From positions 1 through 57,234 of the forward strand of contig JACIXQ010000004.1 of assembly GCA_014360465.1 (NCBI GenBank): 57,234 nucleotides of DNA, in the 5' to 3' direction. This document shows positions 17,661-27,993 of the stretch, in pieces. A program made the translations under genes and the position numbers. The notes beneath the pieces are model-generated. The model saw nothing but the letters and a program-made list of their open reading frames with translations. It was not told where the DNA came from and did not search any database. The stretch comes from a bacterium. GTDB taxonomy: Bacteria > Armatimonadota > JACIXR01. Positions within the stretch are counted from its first letter, which is position 1. The number at the start of each line of letters is the position of its first letter.

Positions 17661-20600
17661 TTACCTGCTCTTTATCCATTGGATATACTCTCCGAAAAGT
17701 TCTTTTCCATCTGGAGCGAGTGCATTTGGGGATAAATAATGGGGGATATCAAATGTCAGCAATCTGTCAGCATAGGGTAAGGCTATAGCTATTTGTCTTT
17801 TGAACCTCTCAATATCGCAGGAGCGATATCTCGTATCAAATGCCTCAACCTCAATCCAAAGTTCCTTCTTCGCCATCCTGCACTCCTCCGCCAGCCATCT
17901 TTGGCAATCCTCTGAGCTCTGGAAATCGCTCAAAGCCGTTCCGATTCCATCTATCAAAAGGAATACATCGGCTTTGCTTTCCCTTATAGCAGGGAGCCAA
18001 AAGGGAGCGAGTACATCTGGGAGAGCGCGCCTCCAGTGAGAATCTACCTTTTTCAGGTATAGCCCTACTGGAACGATTACTTTCATATTCGGCGAAAAGG
18101 AATGAACCGCTTCGGCTAACCTGTCTATTACCTTTTTCCATTCCTCTGGCTTTATGGGAGAAACATAGTGAAGCTCAGGTGGTAAATAAAATCCCTTAAG
18201 GGATGGATGTTGTTTGTAGCGTTCCCACAGTTCCTTCAAAAGAGTTAAGGAATCACTCTCCCACTTTTGCAACTGTTCCTCGCTTGGCTCGGCTGTCAAA
18301 AGGGGAGCCAATCCAAGGTAAACTTCTCCCTTCAACTCGTCCGCGGAGCGAAGGATTGCTTCTATTGGGTCCCTGTTCTTCCATTCCTCAAGCTGGCGAT
18401 AAATCTTTGAAGGATAAAGCGTTTGAAGCTTTCCCTCAACCTCCCAACCCGCAAACTGGATTATGTGAACTTTCATCCCCACCCTATCAAGCTCCCTTAC
18501 AAGTTTTTCAATATCCTTATCCCGAGCAAATTGCCCTGCCTGAGAGGTAGTAATCTGCCAGAAACCGCCATCCAAGGGTGGCTTTATCCTCCAATCCCTA
18601 CCGATGAATGCGCCATTACCGCCTGTCCCAAGGTAGAGGCGTGATGGCTCAAAAGGGTCAATGGCAAAGCAGGATATATTAAGATGGCTCAATCCGCTGT
18701 TCACCTTCCGCCAACTCTTTCCTCCATCCGAGCTCTTTAAGATTCCCTCAGCGACGCAATTGTCATGATAGGGATGGTCTGTAGTGGTGGCATAGATTAT
18801 GCGTCCATCAACGGGGCTGGGCGTGATAGAGGAGACGAAATGATAATTTAGAATTCTCTCCCAGCTTCTTCCTCCGTCTTTGCTTTTGAACGCCCCTCCA
18901 GGATACATCCTTTGCTCATCTTGGTCATAATATTCCCTGACAGCGAGATAGAGCTTAGAGAAATCCCTCGGGTCGCTGGAGAGATATTGGATATCAACGA
19001 AAAGGTTTTCCTGGTTCAACCTCTTCCAGTTTTTTCCACCATCCAATGTCTCATAAACGCCCGCAACTTTGGGAGAACCTCCACAAGCAACAATCAAATG
19101 CTTTGAATCTTTCTGGTCCAAGAGTAACCCCCTGGGTTGCTTTGTCGCCTCCGCTGGCAGATTGCCATTTATGGAATGCCAGCTTTCCCCTCCGTCCGTT
19201 GATTCAAAGAAGCCATACCCATTTACAGTAGCGAGAAGCCTCCTTTTACCCACCGTGCTCTTTAAATCTATAATGATTTTTCGCACCTGCCCCTTGGGCA
19301 ACCCCGTTTTCTCATCGCCGACAACCCTCCAGCTCTTCCCTCCATCCTCACTTTTGCAAATGTACCCCTCGTTCCATGCCCACTGACCCGTTCCAGCCCA
19401 GATAGTATTGGGGGATTTAGGGTCAATTGCCACTGCAAAACAATTTCCTTCCCCTTTCATACCCTCAAAGCTCCTCCTGAATGTTAAGCCACCGTCATCG
19501 CTAATGAGAAGCCCGATATCGGCGTAGCAGAAATAGATGCGGTTTCTCTTGGTAGGGTCAGGCACAATTGAATTCAGGCAGGTCACCTCCAGCCCATTCC
19601 CCCTAAACCTTCCATCTGGCAGGACAGAGCAGTAAGCGTTTCGCCAGGTTTTACCCCCGTCATCGCTGAGAAAGAGATGACCGCTCGTGCCGAAGGCAAG
19701 ACGGTTGGGGTCGGCTGGGGAAATCGCTAAGCACTCAACGGCAGGACCCCAGAAATTTATCCAACCGTAATCCATATTGGAGTCAGGAGGGGAAGGGCGG
19801 GAGACCCACGCCCAGCTTTTACCTCCATCCACGGTTTTAAAAACGCCGGGTTCCCACCAGGACCTCCCGCCCAGGTAGACGATATCCGCGTTTAGCGGGT
19901 GGACGACTATCTCATTGTAATTATCCTGTTCATAAAGCGATTTGCCAACTCGCTGGCTTAATCCATCACTACAGGGCACCCAGCTTTTGCCGCAGTCATC
20001 GCTTCTGTAGATACCACCATTCCAACTCTGCTCTCCCCTTGCCGTGGTAAGGAGGGTTAGATAGACTCTGTTCGGCTGAGAGGGAGCAAATGCGACTTCC
20101 TGAACGAATAGGTGAGGAAGCCCCTGATTTGAGGGTTTCCAGTTTTTGCCTCCGTCATCGCTTCGGAAAACTCCCTTATTTGTGGCAACGAGGATTACTG
20201 AACTATCCCCGGGCTTGACCTCTATATCGCTCACCACCGCATCGGGTGGCAATTGATTATTGTCAACACGATACCAACCGAGTCCCCCATCATCGCTTCT
20301 GTAAATTGCACCCTGCCCCTGTCCATCCCCTCCCTCCCTTGCCTGACGAGGACGCCCTACTCCCGCATAAACGATGTCAGGATTGTTGGGATCAAAGCAA
20401 ATAGCCCCGATAGGAGAAGAGTAAGAATACCGTTGTGGCGGTGGAAAACCCTGATTTATTCTCTTCCAGGATTTACCACCGTCCGTGGTGCGGTAAATTC
20501 CACCTTGGGTTCCCAGAAGGATGATGTCTGGATTCCGAGGATTGACCGCAATGCATTCCACAAAGTAATCGGTCAACCCATTGTTGAGGATTTGGAAATG

Positions 20601-20822
20601 TCTGCCAAAATCGGATGATACATAGAATCCACCAACATCACAGCCGAGATAAATCTTGTTGGGGTCTTTGGGATCAAAAGCAAGTGATTGAATCCACCCA
20701 CCGCCCCCAGGACCGATATTTCGCCAGAAAACTTCCTCGCTCTGAGGAGCGGAAGAAGCCTCCATACCCATAACGGGCACTAGGCTGAGAATACAAAGAA
20801 GGTATTTCACCAATCCAGACAT
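17661..20822 (-). CDS. Secreted BNR/Asp-box (GH74/VPS10-like) propeller + C-terminal DUF4434-like TIM barrel
   Basis: Many SxDGGxSW Asp-boxes and WRNIGPGGGG. C-terminal GGFWQ...IIQF...HPSLKGFYLPPE domain. Confidence 0.7.
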   Translation of the reverse strand: MSGLVKYLLCILSLVPVMGMEASSAPQSEEVFWRNIGPGGGGWIQSLAFDPKDPNKIYLGCDVGGFYVSSDFGRHFQILNNGLTDYFVECIAVNPRNPDIILLGTQGGIYRTTDGGKSWKRINQGFPPPQRYSYSSPIGAICFDPNNPDIVYAGVGRPRQAREGGDGQGQGAIYRSDDGGLGWYRVDNNQLPPDAVVSDIEVKPGDSSVILVATNKGVFRSDDGGKNWKPSNQGLPHLFVQEVAFAPSQPNRVYLTLLTTARGEQSWNGGIYRSDDCGKSWVPCSDGLSQRVGKSLYEQDNYNEIVVHPLNADIVYLGGRSWWEPGVFKTVDGGKSWAWVSRPSPPDSNMDYGWINFWGPAVECLAISPADPNRLAFGTSGHLFLSDDGGKTWRNAYCSVLPDGRFRGNGLEVTCLNSIVPDPTKRNRIYFCYADIGLLISDDGGLTFRRSFEGMKGEGNCFAVAIDPKSPNTIWAGTGQWAWNEGYICKSEDGGKSWRVVGDEKTGLPKGQVRKIIIDLKSTVGKRRLLATVNGYGFFESTDGGESWHSINGNLPAEATKQPRGLLLDQKDSKHLIVACGGSPKVAGVYETLDGGKNWKRLNQENLFVDIQYLSSDPRDFSKLYLAVREYYDQDEQRMYPGGAFKSKDGGRSWERILNYHFVSSITPSPVDGRIIYATTTDHPYHDNCVAEGILKSSDGGKSWRKVNSGLSHLNISCFAIDPFEPSRLYLGTGGNGAFIGRDWRIKPPLDGGFWQITTSQAGQFARDKDIEKLVRELDRVGMKVHIIQFAGWEVEGKLQTLYPSKIYRQLEEWKNRDPIEAILRSADELKGEVYLGLAPLLTAEPSEEQLQKWESDSLTLLKELWERYKQHPSLKGFYLPPELHYVSPIKPEEWKKVIDRLAEAVHSFSPNMKVIVPVGLYLKKVDSHWRRALPDVLAPFWLPAIRESKADVFLLIDGIGTALSDFQSSEDCQRWLAEECRMAKKELWIEVEAFDTRYRSCDIERFKRQIAIALPYADRLLTFDIPHYLSPNALAPDGKELFGEYIQWIKSR

Positions 20823-21335
20823 TTCTTGATAATAATAGCAACTTGGTGGATTTTAACAAAGTAAAAAGATAGCGGGGAAAGGAAATCTGCTAATTACATC
20901 TATATTCTTCTTCCAAGGCATCCGACCTTTAATAAAAAGTGCTTTTAGCGACACCGCAGGCTTCTCTTGTGGCTTGGCTACATACTCATCATAAATCCAA
21001 TATCTTTTAGAAAATTTTAAGGGCGAGACTCGCTTTTAATAACTCATCGTGCTTTCTTTCTCTATTTGATAATCCTTTCTGAAATTGCCGAAGCTTTCCG
21101 AAGTTACAAGGAATCGCGATTACGATATGAGAGGATATCTTCTTTCCGCATTCCATTGATATTATTAGAAAACAATGCGAATTCAAATCCGTTTCTAAAA
21201 TCGCCAATATTAAGCCTCGCTTGTGGAGCGCTCATGGCAATATCGCGGTTTAAATAAAATTTCAAAAACGAATTTTTCAAATTTTTTCTGCATTCGCTTT
21301 TAAAAGATTATAATGTTTATGGAGGTGCTACAACA

Positions 21336-22268
21336 ATGAATGAAGAGATGTACGATGTAATCATCATCGGCGGAGGTCCCGCTGGTTTAACATCAGCTAT
21401 ATACACTTCGCGTGAGAGGCTGAAGACCCTCGTTCTTGAGAAAGCTATCTGTGGCGGATTGCCGGCCACGACAGAGCTTGTAGAGAACTACCCTGGCTTC
21501 CCTGAAGGAATTAGTGGAGTCGAGCTGATGAAAAGGTTCAAAGAACAAGCGATGAGATTCGGAACAGAGATAAGGGAATTCAACGAGGTAAAAAAAATTG
21601 AACACGAGGATAAGATTTTCAAGGTTGAAACAAATTATGAGACATACAGAGGTTCTACGGTTATTGTAGCGTCCGGGAGCGTTCCCAAGAAATTGAATGT
21701 GCCGGGCGAGGAAGAATTTATTGGGAGAGGCGTTTCCTATTGCGCAATTTGCGATGGTCCATTTTATCAGAATAAGGATATAGCGATAATCGGGTGCGGT
21801 AACTCAGGTCTTCAGGAAGGGGAAACCCTCCTGAAATATGTTAAAAGCATAACATTTGTGGAATTCCTCCCCTACATTCCCGCCGAGAAGATTCTCCAGG
21901 AGAGGGTGAGCAAGGACCCCAGAGTGAGATTCTTCCTTAACCATATTGTTACCGCTATAAATGGCGATACCGCCGTGCAGTCCATAACTATAAAGAATAG
22001 GGAAACGGGAGAGGAGAAAGAGATAAAGGTTGACGGTGTTTTCGTCTATGTGGGCTTCCTACCCAACACGAAATTCCTTGAGGGTCTCGTGGAACTTGAT
22101 AAGCAGGGATACATAATAACCGATGAGGATATGAGAACCTCACATCCGGGAATCTATGCTGTTGGAGATGTCCGTTCAAAGAAGATTCGGCAGATAGCTG
22201 TGGCATGCGGTGAGGGAACGATAGCCGCCATCGCCGTAAGGGATTATCTGAAGGAACTTGAGAGGTAA
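21336..22268 (+). CDS. trxB: Thioredoxin-disulfide reductase
   Basis: GGGPAG, VENYPGF, GVSYCAICDG, GIYAVGD. Confidence 0.92.
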   Translation: MNEEMYDVIIIGGGPAGLTSAIYTSRERLKTLVLEKAICGGLPATTELVENYPGFPEGISGVELMKRFKEQAMRFGTEIREFNEVKKIEHEDKIFKVETNYETYRGSTVIVASGSVPKKLNVPGEEEFIGRGVSYCAICDGPFYQNKDIAIIGCGNSGLQEGETLLKYVKSITFVEFLPYIPAEKILQERVSKDPRVRFFLNHIVTAINGDTAVQSITIKNRETGEEKEIKVDGVFVYVGFLPNTKFLEGLVELDKQGYIITDEDMRTSHPGIYAVGDVRSKKIRQIAVACGEGTIAAIAVRDYLKELER

Positions 22269-22283
22269 AGGAGAAATCATTGA

Positions 22284-23120
22284 ATGAGATTAGGAGGACC
22301 TGTTTTCGGAACCTACAAGGAGCCAGAGGAATGGCTTTCCCTGTTGGAAAAATATGGATATAGCGCAGCCTACTGCCCGATTGATAGCTCAGCTGGTGAG
22401 GAGATTATAAAGGCATACGAAGAAGCAGGAAGGAAAAGGGACATCGTTATAGCCGAGGTGGGAGCTTGGAGCAACCCATTAAGCCCAGATGAGGAGACCC
22501 GCCGCTCCGCCATAGAGCTTTGCAAGAGGCAGTTATATCTCGCAGATAAAATCGGCGCCCAATGTTGTGTCAACATCGCTGGCTCAAGAGGGGAGAAGTG
22601 GGATGGTCCTTGTGAGAAAGACCTCACGGAAGAGACATTTGAGATGATTGTTGAGACGGTGAGGGCAATAATAGACGATGTGAAACCGACACGCACATTT
22701 TACACCCTTGAGACTATGCCCTGGATGTTCCCCGATTCCCCTGATAGCTATCTCCGCCTCCTCAAGGCGATAGATAGAAAGCAATTCGCCGTCCATCTGG
22801 ATATAGTCAATATGATAAACAGCCCCAGACGATATTTCCATAACGCAGAATTTATAAAAGAGTGTGTGGAGAAGCTCGGACCTTATATCAAGAGCTGCCA
22901 CGCAAAGGATGTTTTGATGTCTGAAGAATTCATCGTCCACATAAAGGAGGTTAGACCGGGTCTGGGAAAGCTTGATTATAAAACCCTCCTCCGGGAATTG
23001 GAGCGAGTTTCTCCCGATATACCGCTGATGATGGAGCATCTGACCAGTGAGGAAGAGTACCTCCTTGCCGGCGCTTACATTCGCCAAATAGCCAAGGAAG
23101 CAGGCGTGCTTATAAAGTAG
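22284..23120 (+). CDS. Sugar-phosphate isomerase/epimerase (AP-endonuclease-2 TIM barrel)
   Basis: Metal-binding motifs LETMP, VHLD, SCHAKD and MMEH. Confidence 0.8.
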   Translation: MRLGGPVFGTYKEPEEWLSLLEKYGYSAAYCPIDSSAGEEIIKAYEEAGRKRDIVIAEVGAWSNPLSPDEETRRSAIELCKRQLYLADKIGAQCCVNIAGSRGEKWDGPCEKDLTEETFEMIVETVRAIIDDVKPTRTFYTLETMPWMFPDSPDSYLRLLKAIDRKQFAVHLDIVNMINSPRRYFHNAEFIKECVEKLGPYIKSCHAKDVLMSEEFIVHIKEVRPGLGKLDYKTLLRELERVSPDIPLMMEHLTSEEEYLLAGAYIRQIAKEAGVLIK

Positions 23121-23362
23121 CTGGGTGACAATATCGCATTCCTGCGAGCTGTGTGAGCTAAAAAGATACAAATCGCGCAACACCATTGCAGGGATTAGAT
23201 TAGTCCGCCAGCTTCCTAATAGAAATTTTCGCTTTATTTACTCAGCAAAATTTCTATCCCCAGATAAGCCATTGTGCAAGACTACAATTGCGAAAGGTAT
23301 ACAATATTTAGCTTAACATCTCTAAAAGGGAAAGATTATAATTTAAGTCGGAGGTGAAATAG

Positions 23363-23917
23363 GTGTCCATCGTAATTGGAGTTCTTGCCTTTCTGATTTT
23401 CATCGCCTGGCCGATAATGATTTACAATCGGTTAGTGAGCAAAAGATTGCGGGTTGACAACGCTTGGCGTCAGATAGATGTTCAATTGAAGAGACGACAT
23501 GACCTCATTCCCAATCTTGTTGAAGCGACCAAAGGTTATATGCAGTATGAGAGGGAGACCTTGGAGAGGGTTATGGAAGCGAGGAGCAGGGCAATAGCCG
23601 CAAGAGGACCAGAAGAGGCTGCTCAAGCAGAGGGTGAATTGACCAGGTTTCTCCGCCAGTTCTTCGCACTAGTGGAGAACTATCCTGAGCTGAAAGCAAA
23701 TGAAAATGTGGCAAGGTTAATGGAAGAACTCACCCATACGGAAAACAACATCGCCTTCGCCCGTCAATTCTATAACGATATGGTTATGGACTACAATACT
23801 TCCATCCAGATATTCCCCAATTCCATCATCGCCAGCCTTTTCAACTTTCAACCGAGACCATTCTTCCAAGTGCCAGAGGAAGAAACACAACCGCCCAGCG
23901 TTGATTTAAGGATATAA
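23363..23917 (+). CDS. lemA: LemA family protein
   Basis: YNRLV...IDVQLKRRHDLIPNLVE...ENYPELKAN. Confidence 0.95.
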   Translation: MSIVIGVLAFLIFIAWPIMIYNRLVSKRLRVDNAWRQIDVQLKRRHDLIPNLVEATKGYMQYERETLERVMEARSRAIAARGPEEAAQAEGELTRFLRQFFALVENYPELKANENVARLMEELTHTENNIAFARQFYNDMVMDYNTSIQIFPNSIIASLFNFQPRPFFQVPEEETQPPSVDLRI

Positions 23918-23929
23918 TCCCTTTTTCTA

Positions 23930-24883
23930 TTGAAAACAATGGGCGTCACCTTTTACAGCATAGCAGAATCTAACACGAGAAAGACTTTCCTACTTATTTT
24001 CCTCTTTTTCATCCTCCTTGGGACCATCGGATTCCTGATAGATTCTTTCTATCTTCGTTTCCCTGAACACTTTCCTTTTCCTTTATTCACCTGCATTGCA
24101 GTTTTTATCTCCACCATTCAGACCATCGTTTCTTATTATCGGGGCGATAGCCTTATCCTTCACTCGCTTGGAGCTCGTCCATTGAATCTGGAGAGCGTGA
24201 AGGAGCATATGCTCCTCAATGTTGTGGAGGAAATGGCGATAGCAGCGGGAATTCCCCGCCCAAGAGTCTATGTGATTGACAGCGATAACCCTAACGCCTG
24301 CGCTGTGGGAAGAGACCCTCAGCATGCCTCCATCTGCGTTACGAGCGCTCTTCTTGATATCCTTAACAGGGAGGAATTACAAGGGGTTATTGGGCATGAG
24401 ATGGCTCATATCAGAAACAGGGACATATTAACGATGACGATAACAGCCGCTCTTCTCGGAGCGATAATAATCCTTTGCGAGATAGGTTGGCGACTACAGT
24501 ATTATACCAGATATGATAGGGACAGAGAGGAGGGATTAGGAGGAAGGGGAGGATGTATCTTCTTTATACTTTATCTCCTTCTGCTTATAATTGCGCCCAT
24601 CCTTGCAAAGCTTGTATTTCTCGCCGTTTCACGGAGCAGAGAATATGTTGCAGATGCTCACGGGGCTATGTTCACGCGCAACCCACTGGCATTGGCAAGC
24701 GCTTTGGAGAAGATATCCAAGGCGCCCGGTGGGAAATTGGGTAGCCCAGCTACCGCTCATCTTTTCATCGCTGACCCTTTGAAAAGAAGCATTGGCGATT
24801 ATGAGGGATTCTGGGCTGACCTTTGGAGCACTCATCCTCCAATCCAGAAAAGAATAGAATTATTAAAACAGATGGCAATTTAG
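23930..24883 (+). CDS. htpX: M48 zinc metalloprotease HtpX
   Basis: PNACAVG, HEMAH, SRSREYVAD and STHPP; adjacent to lemA. Probable ATG at 23939. Confidence 0.92.
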   Translation: MKTMGVTFYSIAESNTRKTFLLIFLFFILLGTIGFLIDSFYLRFPEHFPFPLFTCIAVFISTIQTIVSYYRGDSLILHSLGARPLNLESVKEHMLLNVVEEMAIAAGIPRPRVYVIDSDNPNACAVGRDPQHASICVTSALLDILNREELQGVIGHEMAHIRNRDILTMTITAALLGAIIILCEIGWRLQYYTRYDRDREEGLGGRGGCIFFILYLLLLIIAPILAKLVFLAVSRSREYVADAHGAMFTRNPLALASALEKISKAPGGKLGSPATAHLFIADPLKRSIGDYEGFWADLWSTHPPIQKRIELLKQMAI

Positions 24884-24981
24884 TTTATGGTAAAGAGGAA
24901 AAGCTCTTCCACTTCCAGAAAAATACGAATTGCCCTCTAATAGGAGCTTTTTAGTTGTAAGGTCGTTAACAGCTTTATTTT

Positions 24982-25011
24982 TGGGGCGAGCCCCGGAAGG
25001 GGCTCGCCCCA
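24982..25011. terminator. Perfect GC-rich hairpin between convergent genes
   Basis: TGGGGCGAGCCCC-GGAA-GGGGCTCGCCCCA, a 13-bp stem. No downstream U-tract on either strand, so it is not a canonical intrinsic terminator. Confidence 0.55.
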
Positions 25012-25023
25012 GGGTCTCCTCGC

Positions 25024-25800
25024 CTAATAAATAGATGCAGCACACGCTCTAATCGTTCCGCCCCTACTGTACTCTCTAATCTGCTTCCAGTGATACCATT
25101 TTGCGTGTCCATCTGCGAAGATAAGCACCGCTCCATCCGTGTGTCTGGTATATTTCTTCGCAGCTCCTTCCATATCAACGACGCTTGGCGGGCATCCACA
25201 GGTGAACTCTGGCGAGGAACCTCCCCACATATTTGCCAGGATGACATTAGTAAGGAGTCCCCATATCTCAGAGACCGTCTGGTGAGGTTGGATGAAGTTC
25301 TGCAGACAATCGGAGATGACCAGCGTCTCAGAAGGAGCTTGCATAGCGGATAAGCTCCCTATCGGCTTATCCCTGATAGGGCATCCTGGCGAGGCGACTG
25401 AACCTGGTGGATACATAACCGAGACATTATAGCCATAGTTGTTCCTGAAACCTGGTTCAGGCTGCCTCGGCCAGCAATTGGAGTTCCACTCGGTGTTGCC
25501 TCCGGCGCTCGGGCATTCGTATACCTTCCAATTCTTAACATATGGACCTATTTGCTCCCACCAGGTCAAAGCACTTGGGGAACCTCCGTGACAGGGCGTC
25601 AACCAGCTCGGCAGTTTCTCGTCCCAGTCTTGGCTGTACATCTGGATAGCTAAGCCTATCTGCTTGGCGTTGGAGAGGCATGCCGATTTTCGAGCCTGTT
25701 CTCGGGCGCGGCTGAAAACGGGGAAGAGAATGGCTGCGAGGATAGCGATTATCGCTATCACGACGAGGAGCTCGATTAAGGTAAAGCCCTTCTTACTCAT
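25024..25800 (-). CDS. Prepilin N-terminal cleavage/methylation + DUF1559 + H-X9-DG protein
   Basis: [27 protein letters not shown]...CLSN and [16 protein letters not shown]. Confidence 0.92.
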   Translation of the reverse strand: MSKKGFTLIELLVVIAIIAILAAILFPVFSRAREQARKSACLSNAKQIGLAIQMYSQDWDEKLPSWLTPCHGGSPSALTWWEQIGPYVKNWKVYECPSAGGNTEWNSNCWPRQPEPGFRNNYGYNVSVMYPPGSVASPGCPIRDKPIGSLSAMQAPSETLVISDCLQNFIQPHQTVSEIWGLLTNVILANMWGGSSPEFTCGCPPSVVDMEGAAKKYTRHTDGAVLIFADGHAKWYHWKQIREYSRGGTIRACAASIY

Positions 25801-26851
25801 TATTTTTCACCTCCTTTCTTGCCATTTTTTCCTTTGGCTTGCCCGTGGAAGAGCCTTGTATCAGCCTAACCGGTAGGCGCCTTTCCACGGGTGCCTTTAG
25901 TTCACCATTGAGAAGTCGGAGCAGAACAGCGGTGCTGAGCAATCCCAATTTGTAGAAGGACCAGTCAACAGTTGTTATTTGTATGTCTTTCGGGAAATTC
26001 TCCATAAACCTGTCAAAAGCTATGAAGGAGATGTCTTTCGGTACATCCAGCCCCGCTCCTTTTATCGCTTCCAATGCTCCCCGCGCACATACACCCACGC
26101 TAACGAATATGGCGCTTGGAGGCTCCTGTAGAGAAAGTAGCTTCTTCGCTGCTTTGTATCCACCCTCATCGCCGATTTCCGTTATCTGCACCCATTCCTC
26201 CTTCGGCTGGAGTCCTCTTTCCTTTAAAGCCCGTAGATAGCCATTATATCTTTCCCTCGCATAGCTTGGTTCAAGGGAAATCGTTATAAGACCAATCCTT
26301 CTGTGCCCAAGAGCGAGCAGATGTTTAGTCGCCAGATATCCCCCTAATTCGTTATCCACATCAACAACACTACCTTTGAATTTGGGATGATTCCCTACGA
26401 GAACGATTGGTATCTTTAAATCGTTCCAGCGAGGGACCTCCTCATCATCCTCCCGCACCGGACCGATAGCAAGCAATCCATCAACCTTACCGATAAGGTC
26501 GTCAATAGGAGGGAAATAACCCAATTTTTTACCTCTTGCGGATTTAAGGAAGATACTGTAGCCAGCTTTATTCACTTTATCCCAGACGGCAGCAACGATT
26601 TGGGAGGAAGACAAATCACGGAGGAAGATATGAGGTGGATATGAAAAAACTATCCCTATGTTGTAAGTTTTGCCTTTAGCAAGGGCTCGGGCAAGTTGAT
26701 GGGGACGATAGCCCATCTCTTTAGCAGTTTCAAGTATCTTCTGCTTCAAAGAATCGCTCACCCTCGCATTGGTCCTACTGTTGTTGAGGACCTTGGAGGC
26801 TACCGAGACGGAAACTCCAACTTTTTGTGCTATCTCCTTTAAGGTCGCCAT
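25793..26851 (-). CDS. LacI-family transcriptional regulator
   Basis: [24 protein letters not shown]; [31 protein letters not shown]. Confidence 0.95.
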   Translation of the reverse strand: MATLKEIAQKVGVSVSVASKVLNNSRTNARVSDSLKQKILETAKEMGYRPHQLARALAKGKTYNIGIVFSYPPHIFLRDLSSSQIVAAVWDKVNKAGYSIFLKSARGKKLGYFPPIDDLIGKVDGLLAIGPVREDDEEVPRWNDLKIPIVLVGNHPKFKGSVVDVDNELGGYLATKHLLALGHRRIGLITISLEPSYARERYNGYLRALKERGLQPKEEWVQITEIGDEGGYKAAKKLLSLQEPPSAIFVSVGVCARGALEAIKGAGLDVPKDISFIAFDRFMENFPKDIQITTVDWSFYKLGLLSTAVLLRLLNGELKAPVERRLPVRLIQGSSTGKPKEKMARKEVKNNE

Positions 26852-26905
26852 ATGATTAACCGATTAATCATCTAACATTTTAAAAATGATGGCTAAATTA
26901 GTCAA
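26852..26905 (-). promoter_or_regulatory. Sigma70 promoter plus LacI-type palindromic operator
   Basis: TTGACT (26905-26900), 17 bp, TAAAAT (26882-26877). Palindrome ATGATTAACCGATTAATCAT (26852-26871) with a central CG abuts the lacI start codon. Confidence 0.8.
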
Positions 26906-27160
26906 TATATTTTGGGTGCTTTTTAAAATGAAAGAATTCATCTGACCTTTTTCTCATTTGATAAGCTTTCGGAAATCGTTGAAATGGTCAAAGTTGATAC
27001 TTTGGGAAGGAATTATGATTAGAAAATATTACAGGATTACTAGGGTTCCTTTTTATATGGTAGCTTCTCTTTGATAAATTAGATGCTCGCCTTTTTGGGT
27101 TTAGATTCGAAAATCATTTATATAAGAGAAGAACTCGGTGTCGCTAAAAGCACTGTATAT

Positions 27161-27908
27161 TAGATTTGTCGCGAAATAACTTTTAAGCAGTCGTTCTATC
27201 CCTTTTCCTTGCCTCCAGCAAGTCAATCCCGAGAGCAAATAGAGTTAGTTCGCTTTACTTAAATGGTAGTTCCATAAACCGCAGGCAATTTCCATTACTT
27301 TATCTCCGAAACCCTCCTTTCTATTTCTCAACACCCCCCAAAATATGAATATTCTTTCTCAATCCCCAAATACCCTAAATCAGCATAGACCGAGAAAACT
27401 CCCAATAGCTTGGCTGATAGAGTTGAGGAGGGAAATTCTTCTTTGAATGCTTTGTAGTCGTGCTTCTTCCCTTCTACTGTTGAGGCAAGATAAAGTATCC
27501 TTTTTCTCTTGTTCGTGATAATTGTGTTCTTTTGAGTGTGTCTTTTCTTTTTCCCTGATAGAATTCCCTTTGCTTCTTTTGTCTTTTGGCCTCTGAATGG
27601 AGCGTTCAACCACCTTATCACCCTATGCATACCGAATAATATAGCGAGGAGGTCAAATGTAGGATAACACTTTATCAGCTTTTATTGCTCTATCCTGTGA
27701 TAATGCACGGGGTTATATCCATAAAAGTCACCTCTCTATCATCCAAATCTTTATCTTAATGCTTGCCTTAGTTTGAGCATTTTGTATAATTGCTTTGAGA
27801 AATTTTAACATATGATGTTAACAATGTATAGAAAGGCGTTTATAATTATAACAAAATTGGCTTGCTGGAAGGAAAACCTTATGGTAAGCTTATTAAGCGA
27901 CAAGTCTA
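27161..27908 (-). mobile_element. Decayed IS5-family (ISL2-like, DDE_Tnp_4) element, copy 2
   Basis: Terminal IRs TAGATTTGTCGCGAAATA (27161-27178) and TATTAAGCGACAAGTCTA (27891-27908) match 15/18. Frameshifted transposase fragments: ERSIQRPKD, SGKKKRHTQKN, GKKHD, YADLGYLG. Confidence 0.8.
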
Positions 27909-27993
27909 TAGAAGGTCCAGTAGGAGAGGAAAATCCCCAAGGAGTGGTTCGTCAGGAAAAGTAAAATTGGCGAGGTGAGAAAGGAGGTTCACT

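Noticed and set aside
21007-21257. Short opposing ORFs upstream of trxB
   Set aside because: No motifs or convincing RBS; AT-rich intergenic DNA or an unrecognisable remnant.
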